Assembly (NCBI GenBank): GCA_016840085.1
Contig: JAEOTA010000086.1
Span: 32,001 to 96,000, forward strand
Origin: Promethearchaeota archaeon
GTDB lineage: Archaea; Asgardarchaeota; Lokiarchaeia; Sigyniarchaeales; SOKP01
DNA: 64,000 nt
Direction: 5' to 3'
Below are positions 31,176 to 41,218 of the stretch, one piece after another. The notes below the pieces were generated by a model that was not told the DNA's origin, did no database searches, and saw only the letters and a list, made by a program, of their open reading frames with translations. Every line of letters begins with the position of its first letter. The first letter of the stretch is position 1. The translations under genes were made by a program, and so were the position numbers.

Positions 31176-32492
31176 TTGTATTTTCAAAAGATGAGTTATA
31201 AAAAAAAATCAACGAGAACTATAAAATCAGGAAGAAGAAGAGAAAAATGGACCGATATTCTTCCCAGATATTTAACTTTTATAAGTCATATGCGCCCCAT
31301 CTTAAGAGAAACACGAAGACTTATTATTCATTTAGATGCGGATCTTTTATTAGATACAGAAATTTTAGATAAAATACGGCAGGAGGAAGAAAAAAGAAAT
31401 ATTCGTAAAGTTAGAGCTCTTTCAGAATTTTCTGCAATGTATAGATCAAATGTATATGAAATTATTAAGGATTTTATCATTAAATATAGAGAAAAGATAC
31501 CAATAATAGATATAAAGGACTATATTATAGAATTTCTCCACGAATCTGTAGATGCTTTAAATGCTTTACGGCATATTACCACTCCTGATGAGATTAATCT
31601 AGAGAATACATACTTATATCAGATAGTAAAATTTATTGAAGAAAAGCTATTTCCAAGAGGATCAAATCTTAAAATTATATATAAAAACTTACTTGATCAT
31701 AGTCCTGATTTTTATGAATGCCAACGATATTTATTGCAACCTCACACATATTATAGGGAAAGATTAGAAAGTCCAGATTATTTTGAAATTCCAGGAATAT
31801 CTCCAAAAGTATATCAACTCATCAATAATATTACATCTTTCTTCAATTTAGATCCAAATTTTGGAGAGTTTCCTGAACACCAAAATTATGAAATTCCAAT
31901 GCTTTTAAAAAATGACGTATTTTTACCTTATATTGATTCTATAGCGAATGCTGAAGAAGAAGCTATAAAAAGTATTGCTGAACGTATAGGTTTAAGACTC
32001 ATTGATGGCATTTTTTTAGCCCCCCAAAGAGATTTTGTAGAAATTTTATTAGAGAACAATTATTTACGAGAGAATAAGCAAACAGATGGCACTATAAGAT
32101 TATTACCTCAGTTTAGTAATGAAACTTTATTTTTATACTATTTATCATTTGCAGCTCAAAGAAGGGGTTTTTTATCAAAAGAATTGATTAATTGGATTTC
32201 AATGAATTTTGCTTTTTTAATTTATATGGGGATATTAAAGTGGAAATTATCCGACGAGAATATTTTTTATACTATTTTTAAAGATTTACAAACAAATGAA
32301 AAAGTTCTTCCTTATTTAATGAAACTAGTATGTTTTCCAAATTATTTAGGTTTAGATAAAATGAAAATCAGAGATTCAGTTCAATACCGAAAAGAAATCT
32401 TTAATTTTATAGGTTCGCAAATTGATAACCTGAAGGACTTTATTACTGAAATTGCAAATTATTGTAATAAATTTGATAAGAAAAGGAATTAA
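31176..32492 (+). CDS. Hypothetical alpha-helical protein
   Basis: 438-aa ORF in operon. Confidence 0.7.
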   Translation: MYFQKMSYKKKSTRTIKSGRRREKWTDILPRYLTFISHMRPILRETRRLIIHLDADLLLDTEILDKIRQEEEKRNIRKVRALSEFSAMYRSNVYEIIKDFIIKYREKIPIIDIKDYIIEFLHESVDALNALRHITTPDEINLENTYLYQIVKFIEEKLFPRGSNLKIIYKNLLDHSPDFYECQRYLLQPHTYYRERLESPDYFEIPGISPKVYQLINNITSFFNLDPNFGEFPEHQNYEIPMLLKNDVFLPYIDSIANAEEEAIKSIAERIGLRLIDGIFLAPQRDFVEILLENNYLRENKQTDGTIRLLPQFSNETLFLYYLSFAAQRRGFLSKELINWISMNFAFLIYMGILKWKLSDENIFYTIFKDLQTNEKVLPYLMKLVCFPNYLGLDKMKIRDSVQYRKEIFNFIGSQIDNLKDFITEIANYCNKFDKKRN

Positions 32493-32567
32493 TATAAAAA
32501 AAAGAGTTGAGGAAAAATTAGTAAAAAAAATAATGTAAATGAAGTAAATTTTACGTACACAGATGAT

Positions 32568-33626
32568 GTGATTAAAGATCGTCTTGGTAAGTATGGAGCA
32601 GTCTATTTTTCGGGTGATATAAAAGAATCTGTTGAAGATATTTTAGGTAATGAAACTAAAAAAGAGATATTAGATGATTTCTTTAAAGCTTTGATAAAAT
32701 ATGATGAATTCTCAGAACAATTAAAAAATACAAAATTAACTCCTAATTTAACAGTACTTCTTTATGGGCCTCCTGGAACGGGCAAAACTTCATTAACAAG
32801 AGGATTTGCTAAGAAATATAGCATTCCAATATGTATTGTAGAATCTGATAGACTCGTGTCACCATTATTAGGAGATACAATTAAAAATATCAGGGGGGTT
32901 GTTGAATTAGCAGCAGAAATATCAAAAGAGAGAGGAGCATTTATTTTATTTTTTGATGAAATCGATGCGGTAGGATCTGAAAGGTCTAACATTCACGAAG
33001 TTGGTGAAATTAAAAGAGCCGTTATCTCTTTCCTACAAGTAATTGATAGGGTTAATTACGAAGGAGTGCCATTGGCAATATTTGGAGCTACAAACCACCA
33101 ACATCAACTTGATTCAGCTATATGGCGTCGTTTCACATTCCATTTTAAATTTGATTTTCCCGATTACAATTTACGTAAGCAAATAATTGAAGGTTTTGTT
33201 TATAAAATAGAAAACGCAAAAATAGGAGTCGACAATTCAATATTCACAAATTTAAATAAAGAATATAAAGAAATACAAGATATTGTTAAAGAACTAGAAA
33301 GGAAGTTAGGAAGAAAAATTTCTGAGTTTGATGACAATATTTTATGGGATGAAGTAAAGAGAAAGGGTAAAATAGAAGGTCTTTTGAAACTAACTATTGG
33401 ATATTCTGGTTCAGATATCGAAAGGGGAACTAAAGTTGCGTTATTAAAAGCAATAAATTCAGAACTTCTCACTTACGATATCTTTTATAATTCATTAAAA
33501 ATGGTTGGTGGAACTGCCATTCATGTTGAGAGACAAGATATTTTAAGTGATGCTAGAACCCCCACCAAAGCACAGAAAGTGTTTGAAGAAAATAAAAAAA
33601 AGTTGTTAGGTCCTCCCGAAATTTAA
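32568..33626 (+). CDS. AAA+ ATPase (single classical AAA domain)
   Basis: GPPGTGKT, FFDEID, second region of homology ATNH...LDSAIWRRF, GYSGSDI. Confidence 0.92.
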   Translation: MIKDRLGKYGAVYFSGDIKESVEDILGNETKKEILDDFFKALIKYDEFSEQLKNTKLTPNLTVLLYGPPGTGKTSLTRGFAKKYSIPICIVESDRLVSPLLGDTIKNIRGVVELAAEISKERGAFILFFDEIDAVGSERSNIHEVGEIKRAVISFLQVIDRVNYEGVPLAIFGATNHQHQLDSAIWRRFTFHFKFDFPDYNLRKQIIEGFVYKIENAKIGVDNSIFTNLNKEYKEIQDIVKELERKLGRKISEFDDNILWDEVKRKGKIEGLLKLTIGYSGSDIERGTKVALLKAINSELLTYDIFYNSLKMVGGTAIHVERQDILSDARTPTKAQKVFEENKKKLLGPPEI

Positions 33627-33652
33627 ACGATAAATAAAGTATTAAATCAATT

Positions 33653-34663
33653 ATGACAGAATATCGATCATTTAATCTTGATATAATTAAAGAATTAACT
33701 GCCCCTATTGAAATTCTTCAGGCAAAAATTAACCATTTGAGAGAACTTATTCCCACATTTGAATCTGATAAGCGACAATTAGTTAAAAATTTCACTAAAG
33801 ATGATTTTCTTTCTCAGATTGAAGATTTAACAATAGTTATGAACAGAATACAAAACCAATTGGAGAAAACTTCAACTGATAATACTCACAAATTTTTAAG
33901 TTTTAAACTATCGCTAATTAAAAAACATAAAGAAACTTACCGAGAGAGCTTAAAAATATTAAAATTAAATCAAAGCTCATTAAGAGAAATTGGATTAAAT
34001 TTAATTGAAAATAGAAATATTAGCAAAATTATTTACCAGAGATCAATAATACCTTCAATAGGTGTTTATCAGTGGTCGGAACTCTTAGATTCTTTAAAAA
34101 ACAATTCATTATTTTTAAGAATTTTAAAAAAAGTCGAATTATATTATCAAAATTTAATTCAAGATAAACTCAAATTAGAATTAAGTAAAATACCTAACGA
34201 TACAGATTCATCATTAATTAAAACCTATCAAAAAGCTTTCCAAGAAGATCCCTCTTTATCTTTTAATGAATTCATTCAAAATATTGAAAAAAGTTTAACA
34301 CAATTAGAATTGAAGGCTAAAAGAGATATTATACAAAAAGCAAAAGATATAAAGGAGTTAAAAAAATTAAAAAAGAAACAAGAGGAACAAAGAGAAACTT
34401 ATGAAGATTATTTGAAACTCTCTGAGAGAGAATTTGAGAGAAAGTTACGTCGTAAATCTAGAGAAAAATTAAAAGAAATTGCAACTGCTCCTGAAGAAAG
34501 TGATAGTATTGAAATTAGTGATGAAATTTCTGAAAAAATTGAAAAATTTAAATCTCAATTTGACAAAAGGTTTGAAGAAGAATATCTAATTCAAAATGAT
34601 GACCAAAAAGATCCTATTGAGGTTATAAGAGAAAGAAAAAAAAAAAAAAGAAAAAGAATTTAA
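33653..34663 (+). CDS. Coiled-coil protein (3' end probably shifted at an A14 run; likely true stop 34694)
   Basis: Heptad and charged helices; A run at 34636-34649. Confidence 0.7.
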   Translation: MTEYRSFNLDIIKELTAPIEILQAKINHLRELIPTFESDKRQLVKNFTKDDFLSQIEDLTIVMNRIQNQLEKTSTDNTHKFLSFKLSLIKKHKETYRESLKILKLNQSSLREIGLNLIENRNISKIIYQRSIIPSIGVYQWSELLDSLKNNSLFLRILKKVELYYQNLIQDKLKLELSKIPNDTDSSLIKTYQKAFQEDPSLSFNEFIQNIEKSLTQLELKAKRDIIQKAKDIKELKKLKKKQEEQRETYEDYLKLSEREFERKLRRKSREKLKEIATAPEESDSIEISDEISEKIEKFKSQFDKRFEEEYLIQNDDQKDPIEVIRERKKKKRKRI

Positions 34664-34694
34664 GACATATAAGAAACATTTTGAAAAAAAATAA

Positions 34695-36332
34695 ATAATA
34701 GAGTTTAAGTGTTTTAATATTCCGATAAATAATTTCAAGCTCTCAATTGGTTCTAAAGAAATTCTAATTCAAGATCGATTTACATTGATTAATGGTAAAT
34801 TTAAGAAAAGTGAATTAAATAAATTTAAAAAAAATATGTTTTCAAAAATTTTAGAGAACTTAGAACTAATTCCAATTGAGATTTTCATTGATTTTCTCTA
34901 TAGGCAATCTGAAGAATTTCTCAATTTAAAAAAATCTCTCAAAATTCTAGAAATATTTAATGAAAATCGGAATTGTATGGAACAAAATATTAAATTTGTT
35001 ATACAATTTATAGAAGTAGTTGAATCACTGATTTCACTTTTTAGATTCATTAAACTCACAAAAGAAAAAGAAATCCTAGAAAAAGAATTAGAAATTTCAA
35101 AAAAATATAAAAAAACCAGTGATATCACTGCTATTTCAGATTTAATGAAAAAACTCAATGAATCTTTAATCAATAATAGAAGGAAATTAAAATATCTAGA
35201 AGAAGATTTTCTTCAACGAAAAAATCAAATAGACCAAATTATTAATACGATTGATAACTTTAAGTTAAAAATCCAGGAATTAACAAAACAAAAAAAAGAA
35301 AACTTCAGTCAAATTAATAAAATTACACGTGAAATGGAAGGAGATTCCACCAATCAAGAAATAATTCCGAATAACAAGCCAGAAATAAATACTTCTTTAA
35401 CAAATGCAGAAAAAATAAAAAAGCTCCAAATGAATGCGAAAGAAATTCAAATTGAAATTAATCAAATTAATTCAAATATTAACGAAACTAAATCGAAACT
35501 CGAAGAATTAAGCCCATTTTATGAGATATATAAAAAAGATTACGATAAACTTTTAGAAATAATTAAAACAGATGAAGGAAAATTTGAAAAACTACAGTCT
35601 CAACTTAAAGATAAAATCAAAGATAAAGAAAGCATATTAAATCAAGAACTTGATATTGTAGATTTCAAATCAATAAGACCACTTCAAGAAATCGAAGAAC
35701 AGATTCAAAAAATTGACTACAAATTAACTGAGATTTCAATAGTAAACCCTCTTTTTAATGCTGAAAACCAATATGACTTATCTTTAATTATAAAAAAATT
35801 AGAAGAAATTAGTCATGACATAGAAATTCGACAAAATGAAATTATTATTGATATGAATGAAGTGGATATGAAAAATAATATCAAGAGCCTTCAAAATTTA
35901 GAGATAATAATAAATACTATTGATACGTTTATCAATATATTCTTAAAAGAAATTAATTTAAAATTAGAACTTAGAATTATCATCAGTTCTGATAATCAAA
36001 ATTTATATATCCGCCCAAATTTCATTCGTACTACAGAAGAGCGAATTAATTTTGATAATTTGACTACTCCTGAGAAAATCTTTTTCGCGATTATGTTCTA
36101 TATATCAATAAATCTTTACATTGGTACTAAAAATATTATCTTCTCAAATTTATTTGTACCAAATAAATATAATAAAGCGGGTTCTATATTCAGAACAATC
36201 AGAAAAATACTACCCCTTTTTGAAAGTGAAGAAAGGCTTTTAGACTTTAACTTAATTTATATTATTTCAAATCTAGAGATGAAAAAAGATATTAAAAATT
36301 TGAAAATAATTACAATGCCAGAAAATGGATGA
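34695..36332 (+). CDS. Degenerate SMC/Rad50-like protein (start probably upstream of the called TTG at 34785)
   Basis: N-terminal INNFK...FTLING, long coiled coil, C-terminal NLTTPEKIFFAIMF..IIFSNLF (degenerate ABC signature and Walker B). Confidence 0.65.
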   Translation: MIEFKCFNIPINNFKLSIGSKEILIQDRFTLINGKFKKSELNKFKKNMFSKILENLELIPIEIFIDFLYRQSEEFLNLKKSLKILEIFNENRNCMEQNIKFVIQFIEVVESLISLFRFIKLTKEKEILEKELEISKKYKKTSDITAISDLMKKLNESLINNRRKLKYLEEDFLQRKNQIDQIINTIDNFKLKIQELTKQKKENFSQINKITREMEGDSTNQEIIPNNKPEINTSLTNAEKIKKLQMNAKEIQIEINQINSNINETKSKLEELSPFYEIYKKDYDKLLEIIKTDEGKFEKLQSQLKDKIKDKESILNQELDIVDFKSIRPLQEIEEQIQKIDYKLTEISIVNPLFNAENQYDLSLIIKKLEEISHDIEIRQNEIIIDMNEVDMKNNIKSLQNLEIIINTIDTFINIFLKEINLKLELRIIISSDNQNLYIRPNFIRTTEERINFDNLTTPEKIFFAIMFYISINLYIGTKNIIFSNLFVPNKYNKAGSIFRTIRKILPLFESEERLLDFNLIYIISNLEMKKDIKNLKIITMPENG

Positions 36333-36834
36333 TATAATAATGGGAGTAAAAGATGTTAAAGAAACAGTAAAAAATATAACTAAACTTATTCTAACAAATC
36401 CTCAGAAAGTTATTAGAGAGGAAGATCTCAAAAATTTAAGCAAGGCTTTTAATTTTGAACAAATAATCAGTGAAATATATGTTAATTTGAGAAATATTGG
36501 TTTTGAACTGATAAAAACAAATTTTCTTGATCAACAATATTATATCTTAACATCTGAAGGTAAAGATGATAATATTACGCCATCGCAATACGGCACTTTA
36601 GCTTTAATCATAGCTTTAAGTAAAGAACTTGATGAGAATATGAAAATTGAAGATTTAAAAGAAATTTTTGCTGATATTTGGGATACTGATATTCAATTCT
36701 TGCTTAATAATGATTATTTAAGAAAATTTGATGATTTAGAAATAATCAAAGTAGCACCTTTAGGGAAAGCTACTATGAAGAATATTATTAGAGAAATTCA
36801 ACTAAAAAATTTATTAGATATATTTAAAGAATAA
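36325..36834 (+). CDS. Tandem winged-helix protein, KITE-like (Nse1/Nse3-MAGE/ScpB/MukE class)
   Basis: IISEIYVNLRNIGFELI...YYILTS...GTLALIIAL...LLNNDYL...PLGK; overlaps the stop of the SMC-like gene. Confidence 0.55.
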   Translation: MDDIIMGVKDVKETVKNITKLILTNPQKVIREEDLKNLSKAFNFEQIISEIYVNLRNIGFELIKTNFLDQQYYILTSEGKDDNITPSQYGTLALIIALSKELDENMKIEDLKEIFADIWDTDIQFLLNNDYLRKFDDLEIIKVAPLGKATMKNIIREIQLKNLLDIFKE

Positions 36835-36866
36835 AATAAATATAAAAATTTTAAAAATAAAAAAAA

Positions 36867-37286
36867 TTAATCTATTTCTAAGTCCATTTTAAATTGTTCA
36901 TAAATTTTCCTAACTCTGTCAGCTGAAGGACCTTCTCCTCTTACTCCTTTTTCATCTACAATGATTTTACCACTTAATATTGATATCATGTTCTGGTCTT
37001 CAATATAATCTACATGGCCTTTCGAAAATATGCTTGCTATTCTATCGGAAAGAGCTTGCATAGGAAAAGGCTCTTCTTCTAAACTCACAAAATTGTAATA
37101 TCTACTTCTAATAAACAATTTTGGGAATGATTTGTTTTTTTCGTTTTTAGCATTAATAAGAATAAGATTGGAATCCTCTGAAATTCCTTTTAACTGTCCT
37201 ACAAAAAATTTATCTTTATCAATATATACTTTAACGATTTTATCAATTAAAGTTCCTAACTCTGTATTATATTGTCTAATTGACAT
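36867..37286 (-). CDS. Sm-like (Lsm) protein with C-terminal domain (SmAP3 type)
   Basis: IDKIVKV....FVGQLKGI....NLILINA Sm1 motif, LFIR Sm2 motif, extra C-terminal domain. Confidence 0.82.
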   Translation of the reverse strand: MSIRQYNTELGTLIDKIVKVYIDKDKFFVGQLKGISEDSNLILINAKNEKNKSFPKLFIRSRYYNFVSLEEEPFPMQALSDRIASIFSKGHVDYIEDQNMISILSGKIIVDEKGVRGEGPSADRVRKIYEQFKMDLEID

Positions 37287-37350
37287 GATATATCAGAACT
37301 TTTATATTATGTATTATAATTATCTTATTTTTCTTTTAATCTTAATTCTA

Positions 37351-38007
37351 TCAATTAATAATCTCTTTTATAAGCTCCGAGATGTTTTCTCCAGTTATAG
37401 CACTAGTTTTTATGATTTTTAGGTTTGGATTTATTTTTTTGGCATCATTGACCATTTTATCAATATTGACATCCATTACATCAATTAGATCGATTTTATT
37501 GATTACAGCAACATCTGACATCTTAAAAAGCATTGGATGTTTTTCGATTACCCATTCGCCTTCGGTAATAGATACAATTACCACTCTTTTCTCAGCACCT
37601 AAAATGAAATCAGATGGACAGATTAGATTACCGACATTTTCAATGAATAATAAATCAATTTCATTTAAATCATAATTTTTTATAACCTGAGAGATGTGAT
37701 ATGAATTTAAGGCACACTCACGACCTGTATTAACCTGAATTGTTTTCACACCATGTTTTTCAATTCGGTCAGCATCTATTCTAGAAGTTACATCACCATT
37801 GATTACAAGAATCCTATAGTCTTTTAAAATCCTTTTTACAATACTTTCTATAACCGCAGTCTTTCCCGCCCCTATTGCTCCTACAAAATCTATAGATTTT
37901 ATATTTTTCTTCTTAAATAAATTTCTATTTTGGTTAGCTAATCTCTCATTATTTTCAATTAAATCTTCATTTAACTCTATAATATTTGAAATTTCTTTTT
38001 CAGACAT
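37351..38007 (-). CDS. hypB: Hydrogenase nickel incorporation GTPase HypB
   Basis: GAIGAGKT, GD...DA.RI, NTG.EC, ENVGNLICP, NKID. Confidence 0.92.
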   Translation of the reverse strand: MSEKEISNIIELNEDLIENNERLANQNRNLFKKKNIKSIDFVGAIGAGKTAVIESIVKRILKDYRILVINGDVTSRIDADRIEKHGVKTIQVNTGRECALNSYHISQVIKNYDLNEIDLLFIENVGNLICPSDFILGAEKRVVIVSITEGEWVIEKHPMLFKMSDVAVINKIDLIDVMDVNIDKMVNDAKKINPNLKIIKTSAITGENISELIKEIIN

Positions 38008-38107
38008 CTTAAATATTAATCCCGTTTCTTAAAATCTGATGAGGTATGAAAATAAAGTTATAATCCTTGATATTTTTTATTAATTTATGAAAGTTTAAAA
38101 AAAGGTA

Positions 38108-39058
38108 TTATCGACTTCTAAATTTGTATTTGTAAACTATATACGCTCCAAGAATACCTCCTAATTCAGGTAAATAATATAGTAAATAATGTGGAGAAAA
38201 TAGTGCAAAAAGCAATCCTGGAACTAATCTGAATAATATGATAATTAGCAAAAAAGATCTTCCCCTCATTCTAATTGGAAGAAAATACATTAAAGAAGTA
38301 ATTTCTCGGTTCATTATTGGAAAGAGTGAATATGATATTAATCCTAACATCCCTCCCCAGGCTAATCCTACTGAAATGGAATAACTATCTAAGGGGTAAA
38401 GAGAAACTAATGAGATTCTTAACAAGAAATAAAATAGTGCTGTAAATAAACAAGAGATTAAATATAGTTTTATTAAAAATTTTGTACCAAGGCTTAATTC
38501 GATAGTTCTTGTCATAAAATATAAAATATACAACATGATAAACAAAAAGAATATCCCAAAAAAGTCTTTAGTGCTAATAAAAAGCGCTGTAAATAATGTA
38601 TGGAATGTGTATTCATAAATAAGACCATTTAGACTTAAATATATATAATGATCTAATGGAGTATATGCAAAAAACAAAGCTACAATTGAAAATAAAGAAA
38701 TCATCAAAAATAAGGTTTTAGTACCTACATATTGTGTTGTTTTTTTATAAGGTCTTTGATAAGCTTGATAACTTCGCATTGTCTCTTTTCTTTGTTTGTC
38801 TTGTCGTTTCAGATACTTTTTTAATGATTTTGGACCTTTTTCTAAATACTCTCGGGGAATTGGTTTCTCTATAACTGCATCCTGATAACGTCGACGAGTT
38901 TCTTTTGACTCCGGTGTTGAAATGGGGACATGTTTCAATTCAAATGAACATTCATGATTCTCAGGCAATCGATGTTTTTTACAAAAAGTCCCTCCACAAT
39001 ATTTACATGTAAAAGGAAGATAACCGATTTGTTCACCACAGAATTCGCAAAATGTTAC
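38108..39058 (-). CDS. AN1-type Zn finger fused to a rhomboid-like (apparently inactive) membrane domain
   Basis: In-frame extension upstream of 38968: [36 protein letters not shown]. About 6 TM segments, with GLAWGG and PELGG where GxSG and AHLGG are expected. Confidence 0.75.
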   Translation of the reverse strand, partial: VTFCEFCGEQIGYLPFTCKYCGGTFCKKHRLPENHECSFELKHVPISTPESKETRRRYQDAVIEKPIPREYLEKGPKSLKKYLKRQDKQRKETMRSYQAYQRPYKKTTQYVGTKTLFLMISLFSIVALFFAYTPLDHYIYLSLNGLIYEYTFHTLFTALFISTKDFFGIFFLFIMLYILYFMTRTIELSLGTKFLIKLYLISCLFTALFYFLLRISLVSLYPLDSYSISVGLAWGGMLGLISYSLFPIMNREITSLMYFLPIRMRGRSFLLIIILFRLVPGLLFALFSPHYLLYYLPELGGILGAYIVYKYKFRSR

Positions 39059-39241
39059 TTTAAATCACCAAGTACTGCTTTTATTATTTGTATAGTTTAT
39101 TATTAAAATTATATAAAATTCAAGAATATAATATTTTTAAATTATTATCCTTCATAATTTTTACTCCAATTTTTCTTCTTATTGTAAGATTTTTATTCTA
39201 AGAGTTCTATATAAAAATTTCTCAATTACTTAAACTCATAT

Positions 39242-40234
39242 TTAAATATAGGGGCTACTATCAATTGGAGCGTAAATAACAATCAAAGTAATAATTAATA
39301 AAATTAAAAGTAATCCAATTAATAGAAGATAGACTTTTTTATTCCATTTCCAAATATTTTGACCGTCTAAGATTCCTAATGGGATCATGTTGAATGCTCC
39401 TAATATATAATTCAAACTCGCAGCATACCCGACAAACATATTCAGTGGATAGAATTGAGTTGGAATCAAAAATGATATTATTAGAAGTATAGTACCATAA
39501 AAAAGATTGATAGTAGGCCCTGCTGCTTTACATAAACCGGTCGTTCTATCCACCTTATCTAAGCCTAAAACCACAACAGCCCCGGGAAGAGCTAATGTGG
39601 GTAATGCGGCACCACCTAACACTAAACCGTATAAACCTGTTATAATTCCAAAAACAGTTAAAATCATCCCAAAAGTTAATAATCTAAATTTTGTTTGAAG
39701 TCCAAAATGAACTGCTACCTGTCTATGCCCAAATTCGTGGAAAAGAAACGCTGTGGCGTAAAAACCTGCTAACATGAATATTCCCCATTCATACCCAGTA
39801 TTGATGAGATTAGGGTAAAAATTCAAAAAACCTATAACAAAAATTAAAGAAACTCCAATTAGAAAATGTACCAATTCTGACGTATGGGGGAATAAAATTC
39901 CCTTAAATTTAATGCCCGAATCAGGATCAAACGCATTTACAGGAACTTGAGCTTCTTGACGATACCATGTATAAGTTCCATCTGTTGTTCCTCGTATTTC
40001 ACTGGTCGATATTTGTTCCCGATATCCTAGTTCTTGCGAAGTATGTGGAATTTGTGAAACATCAATATATGATGCTGTTGTTGGTTGCATTTGTTGAGAC
40101 CTAAAACTTGTTTTTACAAATTCACAATCATGATTTATAGGATCTTTATGAAGTGAACAATAATTTTGTCCGCAATCACTACAATAAAATGGTTCTCCAA
40201 TAATTTCTTCTCCACAATGAGCACATTTCGCCAT
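39242..40234 (-). CDS. AN1-type Zn finger fused to a site-2 protease (M50)
   Basis: CAHC..FYCSDCGQNYCSLH..PINHDC; HEFGH, AGP and NMIPLGILDG motifs. Confidence 0.88.
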   Translation of the reverse strand: MAKCAHCGEEIIGEPFYCSDCGQNYCSLHKDPINHDCEFVKTSFRSQQMQPTTASYIDVSQIPHTSQELGYREQISTSEIRGTTDGTYTWYRQEAQVPVNAFDPDSGIKFKGILFPHTSELVHFLIGVSLIFVIGFLNFYPNLINTGYEWGIFMLAGFYATAFLFHEFGHRQVAVHFGLQTKFRLLTFGMILTVFGIITGLYGLVLGGAALPTLALPGAVVVLGLDKVDRTTGLCKAAGPTINLFYGTILLIISFLIPTQFYPLNMFVGYAASLNYILGAFNMIPLGILDGQNIWKWNKKVYLLLIGLLLILLIITLIVIYAPIDSSPYI

Positions 40235-40456
40235 TCTAATTACCTTATGATAAATTTTAAATTGTTTACAAAGAAGTGTTTTTTAATTAATTATAAAATT
40301 AAAGATTTAAAATTTTATTGAGTATATTTATCCTTGACTTTTTTTGAAATTTTTAATTTCTACTTTCATGAGAATTAGTTGATATAATTTTAAGAAAATT
40401 ATTTTAATAAGAAGAGTAATATTTTAATATAGTTAAGGATCTTATAAGTGTTTGTT

Positions 40457-40615
40457 ATGAGTGAAGAAGAAAAAGAGGAAGAAGAGGAAAATTTAGAACT
40501 TGAACGTAAAAAATTAGAAGAAATGGGTGTAAATAGCACCTGGGATATTTTATCCTCGGGAGAAAAAAAAAAGAAAGAACCAGAAAAAAAACCTACTTTT
40601 AGGGGATTTAATTAA
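40457..40615 (+). CDS. Small charged hypothetical protein (52 aa, not in ORF track)
   Basis: MSEEEKEEEEENLELERKKLEEMGVNSTWDILSSGEKKKKEPEKKPTFRGFN*; coding-like purine bias; T tract after the stop. Confidence 0.6.
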   Translation: MSEEEKEEEEENLELERKKLEEMGVNSTWDILSSGEKKKKEPEKKPTFRGFN

Positions 40616-40723
40616 CTTTTTTTCAAGAATTCTCGAAAAATAATTTTATTTAAAAAAATTAAATAAAATATATAAAATAATCTTAGACAGAAGTGAAATA
40701 TTACGAAAAAAGCAAAAAAATCG

Positions 40724-40906
40724 GTGTATTGTGATGTCTGCGAACGAGAAATTGTATTACACCGAAAAAACTTCGATCACATTTACCACGAGGTTCTTTG
40801 CTTCATGGTAGTTTTAACATTAGGATTTGGTTTTATAATATATTTTATTTTAAGATTGTTTCAACCTTGGGTTTGCCCAAATTGTGAAAAGCAATTTGAT
40901 TTATGA
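40724..40906 (+). CDS. Small LITAF-like Zn-ribbon membrane protein
   Basis: CDVC, then a hydrophobic stretch, then CPNC. Confidence 0.6.
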   Translation: MYCDVCEREIVLHRKNFDHIYHEVLCFMVVLTLGFGFIIYFILRLFQPWVCPNCEKQFDL

Positions 40907-40958
40907 AGTTGAGAAATATTAGAGCATAATTTATTAAATTTTTAAATAGAACGGTGTC

Positions 40959-41218
40959 TCATTTAATGTTCATTTCTTTATTACATCTAGGGCATTTTCT
41001 ATCAATTTCATTCAATTGTTTTTTCATTATTATTTTTTGATATTTACATTTTGTGTTTGGACAAACAAGTGTATATTTCGTTAGCTTAATCGTTTGTTTT
41101 CCAAGAATTTCTTTTTGAGAATCTTCATTTTTACTTTTTTTAGCTTGAACAAGAGGTTTTTTTTTTTAATTTTTTTATTTGCGTCATCTTCCGGTTTAAG
41201 CCATTTGTCTAAACCCAT
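40959..41218 (-). pseudogene. Small Zn-ribbon protein frameshifted in an A11 run (sequencing error or slippage)
   Basis: MGLDKWLKPEDDANKKIKKK, then with a 1-nt shift PLVQAKK...LVCPNTKCKYQK...CPRCNKEMNIK*. Confidence 0.6.
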
